Assembly: GCA_048938385.1 (NCBI GenBank)
Contig: JBHLMG010000032.1
Span: 1-20,953 of the forward strand
Reading direction: 5' to 3'
Length of the DNA: 20,953 nucleotides
Source: Promethearchaeota archaeon
GTDB taxonomy: Archaea; Asgardarchaeota; Hermodarchaeia; Hermodarchaeales; Hermodarchaeaceae
The position numbers and the translations under genes were made by a program. Positions within the stretch are counted from its first letter, which is position 1; the number at the start of each line of letters is the position of its first letter. Below the pieces are notes generated by a model. It did not search any database, had not been told where the DNA came from, and worked only from the letters and a program-made list of their open reading frames with translations. Positions 15,084 through 20,953 of this stretch are shown here, piece by piece.

Positions 15084-16010
15084 TTAAATGGTTTTGATGA
15101 CTTTGGCGATTTCTCGCTGGCGGGACCGAAGTGTGACTTCAGTGATTCCAAGCGCGGCTGCTACCGCTTGCTGTGACCGTGTTTCACCCAGTTGCTTAGC
15201 TGCTAGGTAGATAGCAGCGGCGACATAACCCTTTGGATCTTTACCAGATAACTGAAGTTTTTCGGAAGTAACGCCCAGGATCTCAATGGCTCGTTGCTCC
15301 ACCGGGGCCGTGAGACCCAGGGCGTTTGCAAAGCGTGGGACAATGGATGCTAGGGTTTGGCGCTTAGGTTTTAGATTAAGGGTTTTCACCAAGAGGACAT
15401 AACATCGTTTAATAACCCGTTCTTCTTCAGTCGATGTTTTGAGGACGCTATCCAAGGTAAGGGGAAAGCCACAGGCTTTGGCTGCACCAAAAACACACGC
15501 GGCTACCATCGCCTTGATACTATGACCCCGAAGTAGGTCGTGTTTGTAGGCCTTCCGATAGTAGATAGCAGCGGTTTCACGAATGTGACCAGGGATGCTG
15601 AGTTTTTCCGCCATTCGGCGAATTTCAGTAAATGCAATCGTGAAGTTTCGTCGGCGCCAAGTCGATCGGGAATTCCACCGCAAAATTCGCTCTAATCGAC
15701 CAACCCGTTCAGGAGATACACCATGTCCGTTTATACGGGTGGATATCTTTGTTGATAACCCAAAATCAGGGAGCATCTGCGAAAGAGGAAGTCCATTGAT
15801 GTTCCGTTGAGCTTTCTCCTCTGGTGTAAATGCACGGACTCCTGCACGATGATCAATCATCGCTTCAGAAAGGACCATTCCACAATCTGTACAGATTAAT
15901 TCGCCCCGTTGCGGGTCATGAACAATATTTTGAGATCCACAATCAGCGCAGCGTGTAACATCAGCATGTTTTGCTGCGACGGCTTCATTGCTGGAGTACT
16001 CTATAGTCAA
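15084..16010 (-). CDS. tfb: Transcription initiation factor IIB (TFB) family protein
   Basis: Zn ribbon CADC...GELICTDCG, RAFT B-reader, two cyclin repeats (ETAAIYYRKA, GKDPKGYVAAAIY), HTH TEVTLRSR. Confidence 0.93.
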   Translation of the reverse strand: MTIEYSSNEAVAAKHADVTRCADCGSQNIVHDPQRGELICTDCGMVLSEAMIDHRAGVRAFTPEEKAQRNINGLPLSQMLPDFGLSTKISTRINGHGVSPERVGRLERILRWNSRSTWRRRNFTIAFTEIRRMAEKLSIPGHIRETAAIYYRKAYKHDLLRGHSIKAMVAACVFGAAKACGFPLTLDSVLKTSTEEERVIKRCYVLLVKTLNLKPKRQTLASIVPRFANALGLTAPVEQRAIEILGVTSEKLQLSGKDPKGYVAAAIYLAAKQLGETRSQQAVAAALGITEVTLRSRQREIAKVIKTI

Positions 16011-16046
16011 GAAGCTTCTAACCTCACTAGATAGGATGCGATGGCG

Positions 16047-16100
16047 ATTTTTTATAGCTCCGCACTAATAGCACAAAAAACATCAACTTTTGCTTATAAA
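16047..16100. promoter_or_regulatory. Back-to-back candidate TATA boxes for tfb (minus) and the alkylation repair gene (plus)
   Basis: TTTTTTATA (TATAAAAA on minus) near 16048-16056 and CTTATAAA at 16093-16100, each roughly 25-45 nt from the respective start. Confidence 0.45.
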
Positions 16101-16123
16101 TCTCAAGGCTTTCCTAAGGAACT

Positions 16124-16954
16124 GTGATACTGATGAACATTTTAAACTCGGAACTCGAGCAACGGATCACAGAAGAGGTTATCACACCTATTCTTCAAGG
16201 TGACTTCAAAACCGTGTTCGAGAGAACACCCACAATCCTTGATGCCCTAATCGGGAACATACCACCAAATCGACGGAGCTCTTATGGGCGGGTACATGCA
16301 ATCAAAATTCTAAGCCAACATCTGTTCATCGAGCTCTCTAACCGGCAAGTAAGAATTTTGGATGTAGCATCGGATCTATTCAGGCAAACTCAGGAATCCC
16401 GCAGCAAAGGCGTTTGGCTAGGAGTTCTCTCCCATTTTGGGCTAGAAGAATTCCAACCGGTTCTCCCGATTTTTAGAACTGCCGCTGCATCGACGAATTG
16501 GGAAATCCGTGAGTTCGCTCAAATGCTTTTCCGTAAAATCATCAAAAGACACCCGAATGCAGCACAGACATTTCTCCTGAATCTTGTCAGTTCAAAAGAT
16601 CCCAATGTCCGTCGGTTCGTTGCTGAAACATTGAGGCCTGTCCAAGAGAATCAGTGGTTTTACACAAATCCTGAGTATCCTCTTCGTGTTCTACGCCATC
16701 TTTTTACCGAGAAAGTACCTTATGCTCGAACCTCTGTAGGGAATAACCTTAGTGACCTAGCTCGTCGTATTCCTGACTTGGTTTACACCCTCATAGGCGA
16801 ACTGGTAGCAAGCGAGAATAAGGACTCCTTTTGGATTGCCTACCGTGCTTGCCGTAATCTTGTAAAAACAGATCCTAAAAAGGTCATGAAACTTTTAGGT
16901 GTGAAAGAATACCGATACAAGTCTCGTGTATATTCTCTCAGCGACTATGAATGA
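16124..16954 (+). CDS. DNA alkylation repair protein, HEAT-like repeat (AlkC/AlkD superfamily)
   Basis: NWEIRE, DPNVRRFVAETLRP, YARTSVGNNLSDLAR; start may be the ATG at 16133. Confidence 0.8.
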   Translation: MILMNILNSELEQRITEEVITPILQGDFKTVFERTPTILDALIGNIPPNRRSSYGRVHAIKILSQHLFIELSNRQVRILDVASDLFRQTQESRSKGVWLGVLSHFGLEEFQPVLPIFRTAAASTNWEIREFAQMLFRKIIKRHPNAAQTFLLNLVSSKDPNVRRFVAETLRPVQENQWFYTNPEYPLRVLRHLFTEKVPYARTSVGNNLSDLARRIPDLVYTLIGELVASENKDSFWIAYRACRNLVKTDPKKVMKLLGVKEYRYKSRVYSLSDYE

Positions 16955-16983
16955 AGAACATGGTGCAGGTAGTGCTTCCTTCT

Positions 16984-18321
16984 CTAAGGAACCTTCCCCA
17001 CCTTCCAAAGCGCATCAGGAATGAGGTTCGTCGTATCCACCAGATGGTTTTTATAAGCTTTAAGCTGGGTCTCAGCTTTTCGAAATTCCTGGTGAGGTGC
17101 TATCAGGATGATGCAATCAGCTTTCAGGGCTTCATCAAAGGATGCGGGCGAAAATCCCATTGCGCTTATTTCTGAATTCGAGAAATAAGGGTCGTATGCT
17201 AGAACCGCGTTCGGTTTGTACCTTTTGAGATATTTTAGGATTTTCAGACTTGCTGCGAATCTCATTTCTTTGACATCTGCTCGAAAGGAAACTCCCAACA
17301 AGCTAATTTTTGAATCGTTAACTGATTTTCCTTGAGCGTTAAGGCAGCGAATAGCGAGCCCTACTGTATGTAAAGGCATGCCATCGTTAACAAACCGGGC
17401 GTCAAGGAGTAAACTAGGATCAACACCAAGTTCTTGGGCTTCATTGATGAGGAACCAAGGATAGACTGGAATGCAGTGTCCACCAACACCAGCACTAGGA
17501 CGGTGGATTTGGCAATGCTCACTGGTACCCTTATTTGCTATGCTTATCACTTCCCAGACATCGATCCCCAAGGGCTCGCACAGTTTGGCTAAAAAGTTCG
17601 CGTAGCCAATGTTCACATCACGATAGGTTCCCTCCGCCACTTTAACAAGTTCTGCGGTGAGAAGTGAAGAAGTTCTAACAACTTCACCGAAAACGGCGTA
17701 GATCCCTGCGGCGGCTTCTGTGCTGGCTTGATCGATTCCTCCTACAACCTTAGGGAACTTGTAGAGGTTTCTCATCACCCGGCCAACCATGAGGCGTTCA
17801 GGACTATGCGCTAGACCAAAGTCTCTACCCGCCTGCAAGCTGCTAGCCTTTTCAAGAGTGGGTTTTACCACCTTTTCAGTGGCTCCAGGTGGCATGGTAG
17901 TTGAAGTAATTACCAGGCCCCCTTTCTGAAGACCTTTTCCAGCATCTTCTGCTGCGCTGCGAATTATCGAGTAATCCTCTTCTCCGGTTTCATCAACTAA
18001 GAGGGGGACAAGAAGGATGATGACATCGGACACCTTCGCGGCGGCTGTACCATCCGTGGTTGCTCGAAAACGGTCCAGTCTAATAGCTTCTTTGAGCAGT
18101 TCTGAAATATCAGGCTCGTCAACGAGGGGTGATATCCCATTATTGATTTGGTCTACGACATCCTGTTTCCGACGGACTCCCACTACCTTTGCACCTTCCT
18201 TTGCAAAGGCCAGCGCCATAGGAAGCCCCATACTTCCGATGCCAACCAAATCGATGGTGACTTTTCCCTGGCGTAGTAGCTTTTGCGCCTCGTCAGCTGG
18301 CTTCCCGTAGATTTTGACCAT
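16984..18321 (-). CDS. Nucleotide-sugar dehydrogenase (UDP-glucose/UDP-ManNAc/GDP-mannose dehydrogenase family)
   Basis: Rossmann GIGSMG, STTMPPG, SPERL, AELVKVAEGTYRDVNI, catalytic GVGGHCIP, YDP. Confidence 0.93.
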   Translation of the reverse strand: MVKIYGKPADEAQKLLRQGKVTIDLVGIGSMGLPMALAFAKEGAKVVGVRRKQDVVDQINNGISPLVDEPDISELLKEAIRLDRFRATTDGTAAAKVSDVIILLVPLLVDETGEEDYSIIRSAAEDAGKGLQKGGLVITSTTMPPGATEKVVKPTLEKASSLQAGRDFGLAHSPERLMVGRVMRNLYKFPKVVGGIDQASTEAAAGIYAVFGEVVRTSSLLTAELVKVAEGTYRDVNIGYANFLAKLCEPLGIDVWEVISIANKGTSEHCQIHRPSAGVGGHCIPVYPWFLINEAQELGVDPSLLLDARFVNDGMPLHTVGLAIRCLNAQGKSVNDSKISLLGVSFRADVKEMRFAASLKILKYLKRYKPNAVLAYDPYFSNSEISAMGFSPASFDEALKADCIILIAPHQEFRKAETQLKAYKNHLVDTTNLIPDALWKVGKVP

Positions 18322-18493
18322 TCGGGCAACCTCGGCTGTAGCACCGTTAGGCTCCTCTTAAGCATTGTTGTTCCTAGAATATCGCCTTCGGGTCAAGATT
18401 GGGTGTCGGACTCATTGTTTTTGCTGGCTGAATTAAAGCTTAAAAGTGTAGGGTGAGTACAAATGAACGAGAGCTTCGGGGGTTATTCTAACC

Positions 18494-19051
18494 GTGTCCT
18501 CTGAATCACCTAAATACGCTATTGAAATAGAAGCCATCAAAACACCTAAGGGGTTAGTGCCAACCGTTGAGTCCCTGAAGCGGATTGTGAAAGGTCTGAA
18601 CTTATTAGATTCAGATCTGGGACGGATGAATCTCAAGATGGAAGCCAATATTCGCGCACTCCTTCGGGAGGTGAAAACGCTTCAGAAGCTGGTAGCTGAT
18701 GATACCATTGCCTCAGAATCTTCTGTTGAGCAACTTGGAGTTCTAGCTACGCAATTTGATTCCTTTGAAAAAACCCTTAAGAAAGTGATTAAGGAGAAAC
18801 CCACTGCTAGTCCCAAGGACTCCCTGAAGGAACTTCAAAAAGAACTTGTACCCACACTAACCTTGACCGTACAGCGGCTCGAAGAAACCATTGCCCTCTT
18901 TGAAACGCGCTTCGAAGAATTCCTTCGTGAACTCCAAAGTAATATTCTTGTAACAGTCCGACAAGCCGTGAAAAGTGAAACCCCAAAGGAGATGGTGACC
19001 TCGAAGCCAGAGCCCTCTGCAAAGCGAAAAACTAAGACTACTTCAAACTGA
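18494..19051 (+). CDS. Hypothetical coiled-coil protein (185 aa) upstream of the ESCRT cluster
   Basis: Long ORF with heptad-patterned helices and a Lys/Thr/Pro-rich tail; TTAAAA TATA-like element at 18439-18444. Confidence 0.8.
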   Translation: MSSESPKYAIEIEAIKTPKGLVPTVESLKRIVKGLNLLDSDLGRMNLKMEANIRALLREVKTLQKLVADDTIASESSVEQLGVLATQFDSFEKTLKKVIKEKPTASPKDSLKELQKELVPTLTLTVQRLEETIALFETRFEEFLRELQSNILVTVRQAVKSETPKEMVTSKPEPSAKRKTKTTSN

Positions 19052-19136
19052 TTGGCTTAAGCATGCTCTAGTTGCCAAAGATTAAATGTCCGCTCTCACA
19101 AGCAAGCTTCGAATATAGATTATATGGTGTGTTCCC

Positions 19137-19892
19137 ATGGCACAGGCTGTACGAAGTTCCCAAGAATTATCAATTGCTCGTGAAGCACAATTGATGTTTC
19201 GCAGAGCACCCACCTTTACTCCAGTCGGATCCAATCTTCGTCGTTGGCGAGGAAAAATCAAAGGTGGACCGCGAGGTAAAGATGAGTTTCTAGTCGAAAT
19301 AATTGTGCCCCCGAATTTTCCTGCTCAACCGCCAGTCGCCCGAATGCTTTCACCCACTCAGCATCCTCGAGTTGACTCTGAATCAGGGGCCATCCACCTT
19401 CGGATTGTTACACAGTGGCAACCTCATTATCATGTCTACCAAGTGGTTAACAGTATCAAGGGCCTCTTTGCTCGTGAGCCCCCTGTGCCCGATCAAACTC
19501 GAGAAGCTCCTAAAGTAGAAATGCCTCCAAAGGAGGAGGTTCTACAGCAACGCTATCAGCAACTAGAACGTGAAGTTTCTCGGCTCACAAAGAAAATCCA
19601 AGATCGTGATGAACGAATCGCCCGCATGAATGCTCAAATTGATACGGGTTCCATTACGACAGGTGAAGTCACCGAGGAAGAGGAACTAGATGCCTTAATT
19701 CTTCCAACGGATCCGAAGGAACGCGAACGCTTAGAACTTGAAAGTGAAAAGTTAGCGATTGAAGACCTACTCCAGAATCTTGAGCAGAAATTCGATTCAG
19801 CTGAGATTAACTCTACAGAGTATACTAAGCTCTATAAACGGTATAAGAAGCGCCTGTATCAAATCGATAAGGCTCTCGAGCGCTACACCTAA
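19137..19892 (+). CDS. vps23: ESCRT-I Vps23/TSG101-like protein (UEV domain, Pro linker, coiled coil, steadiness box)
   Basis: E2 fold WRGKIKG..NFPAQPP..HPRVD..GAIHL..WQP with His in place of the catalytic Cys; coiled coil YQQLEREVSRLTKKIQ; steadiness box EKLAIEDLLQNLEQKFDSAEINSTEYTKLYK. Confidence 0.88.
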   Translation: MAQAVRSSQELSIAREAQLMFRRAPTFTPVGSNLRRWRGKIKGGPRGKDEFLVEIIVPPNFPAQPPVARMLSPTQHPRVDSESGAIHLRIVTQWQPHYHVYQVVNSIKGLFAREPPVPDQTREAPKVEMPPKEEVLQQRYQQLEREVSRLTKKIQDRDERIARMNAQIDTGSITTGEVTEEEELDALILPTDPKERERLELESEKLAIEDLLQNLEQKFDSAEINSTEYTKLYKRYKKRLYQIDKALERYT

Positions 19893-19917
19893 CCTATGGT
19901 TGCCAGAGGAGATTTCT

Positions 19918-20562
19918 ATGGCTGTACGCGAGCGACAAAGGAAGAAGCGCAAAGCGCCCGAACTGAAGGCAGAGCTTTACGGAACCATTGCCACACTGGA
20001 TAGTATCGTTGAGAAGTTCGAGGAAGGCGATTTGAGTCCTACGCTCTATAAGCGGCAATTCAAGTCTCTTGTTCGTGATACTCTCACCACGCGGCAACTT
20101 TTAGAAAGCGAAGGTGAAAGTTGGGACGGATTCGTTCAAGAAGAAAAGATCACTGAACGTTTTCCTATGGCCATCGAAAAACTCCAAATTGGGGAACGCG
20201 CCCCGGAAGGTGAAAAAACCGTTGAGCTGCAAGCGCAAGCCTCCGCCAAAATGGCTGCGAAGGCAGCTGATATCGTTTCGGATCTTATCACCCTAATAGA
20301 TATTGCCAAACTCGGCGACGTTGCGAGGATGAGCTTAATTGTCCCCCTGTTAGATGACGCCATTATCATCCTGACCAAGTATCCTAACTTTCCTCCCGAA
20401 TACTGGATTCTCGTAAGTCTCAAGGAGTGGCGAAATCAACTCCAAGGACGCGATCCAAAAGAAACCCTATCTGCAGAGGAAGCCAAACAGCTGGAATTCC
20501 AGGCTGTCCGATGGTTGAATGATTTTAAGCGACGACTCCGAGAAATGGCGGTCGATGAATAG
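19918..20562 (+). CDS. vps28: ESCRT-I Vps28-like protein (214 aa; start reassigned from 19759 to ATG 19918)
   Basis: N-terminal hairpin AELYGTIATLDSIVEKFEEGDLSPTLY; CTD ADIVSDLITLID, PLLDD, KEW..QL...ETLSAEEAKQLEF. GAGGAG SD at 19906-19911, and this start removes the overlap with vps23. Confidence 0.88.
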   Translation: MAVRERQRKKRKAPELKAELYGTIATLDSIVEKFEEGDLSPTLYKRQFKSLVRDTLTTRQLLESEGESWDGFVQEEKITERFPMAIEKLQIGERAPEGEKTVELQAQASAKMAAKAADIVSDLITLIDIAKLGDVARMSLIVPLLDDAIIILTKYPNFPPEYWILVSLKEWRNQLQGRDPKETLSAEEAKQLEFQAVRWLNDFKRRLREMAVDE

Positions 20563-20581
20563 ATGTTGAGGCAGAAAGCTG

Positions 20582-20875
20582 ATGGCACACCCCATGCGAT
20601 CATTTGCAGAAATGCGCGAACGGTTGGTGAACGCCATCAACAAAGCTAATCTGCGTATCAACGCTGAATACATCCTAGAAGATTTAGATGTGGTTGCAGC
20701 CTTCGCTGAAGCCATGCTAGGCTCTGAACATCCAATCACCGTCGAAGCCCAAGAATGGTATCAGTATTTCTGGCAGAAATATGGACTTAACCTGTCTCAA
20801 CATGTTGAGGAGGTAGAAGCGCGACACTTTGCCATGCGGGCTGAAACTTGGCTAAATTACATCCGACAAATATGA
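20582..20875 (+). CDS. Stand-alone Vps28 C-terminal-domain-like protein (97 aa)
   Basis: Colinear similarity to the CTD of the adjacent Vps28 in three blocks (see findings); 19 bp downstream of the vps28 stop with GAGG upstream. Confidence 0.75.
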   Translation: MAHPMRSFAEMRERLVNAINKANLRINAEYILEDLDVVAAFAEAMLGSEHPITVEAQEWYQYFWQKYGLNLSQHVEEVEARHFAMRAETWLNYIRQI

Positions 20876-20888
20876 GGAGAAAATAGCA

Positions 20889-20953
20889 ATGGGATTATGG
20901 GAAATAGAGAAACAAATGGAAATGGATGCTGCCTACAAGAAAAAGCGCGTTGA
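20889..20953 (+). CDS. 5' end of a probable ESCRT-II Vps22/Vps36 (EAP30)-like gene, truncated by the window edge
   Basis: GAGGAG SD at 20874-20879, then MGLWEIEKQMEMDAAYKKKRV open to the window end. The G-hydrophobic..I...Y-K-basic pattern resembles the Vps22/SNF8 N-terminal helix and the context fits, but only 21 codons are visible. Confidence 0.55.
   Translation, partial: MGLWEIEKQMEMDAAYKKKRV

Noticed and set aside
19137-19500. Active ubiquitin-conjugating E2 enzyme
   Set aside because: The catalytic Cys position is His (GAIHL), the protein has no Cys, and the C-terminal steadiness box marks it as Vps23-like.
19759-19917. N-terminal 53-aa extension of the Vps28 ORF in the ORF track
   Set aside because: It overlaps the vps23 3' end, has no Vps28 similarity, and a good SD precedes ATG 19918.
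1015-20739. Numerous short overlapping ORFs in the track (e.g. 1015-1254, 7593-7895, 8723-9031, 12034-12285, 16951-17175, 18017-18310, 20136-20423, 20467-20739)
   Set aside because: They are antisense or out-of-frame shadows of well-supported genes with no recognisable motifs.
1-20953. CRISPR array, rRNA, transposase or prophage genes
   Set aside because: No regularly spaced repeats, rRNA-like sequence or mobile-element ORFs were seen.

Overview
Gene-dense archaeal chromosomal window, most likely from an Asgard archaeon (inferred from actin-family genes, an ESCRT-I/II cluster, archaeal TFB, ABCE1, archaeal-type ThrRS and intron-containing tRNAs). The left end (253-4119, minus strand) holds a degenerate Nif3-like gene, two tandem paralogous actin-related genes that both lack the D-loop and the actin C-terminal tail, and two small, apparently paralogous coiled-coil genes, one with a polyproline N-terminus. 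This is a candidate undescribed actin-related (Arp-like) complex. The right end (19137-end, plus strand) is an ESCRT cluster: UEV-Vps23, Vps28, an unannotated 97-aa protein that aligns with the Vps28 C-terminal domain, and the probable start of a Vps22/36-like gene. A weaker Vps28-CTD-like orphan lies at 8707-9219. The middle is mostly housekeeping: RsmB-type m5C methyltransferase, ThrRS without its editing domain and with a Cys-to-Asp zinc ligand, one intact and one catalytically degenerate M24 peptidase, two tRNA-Arg genes with D-arm introns, a possible IS200/IS605-end remnant, DUF89 phosphatase, ABCE1, acyl-CoA synthetase alpha subunit, TFB, HEAT-like alkylation repair protein and a nucleotide-sugar dehydrogenase. 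All assignments come from reading motifs by eye; reference sequences are quoted from memory and no database search was run.
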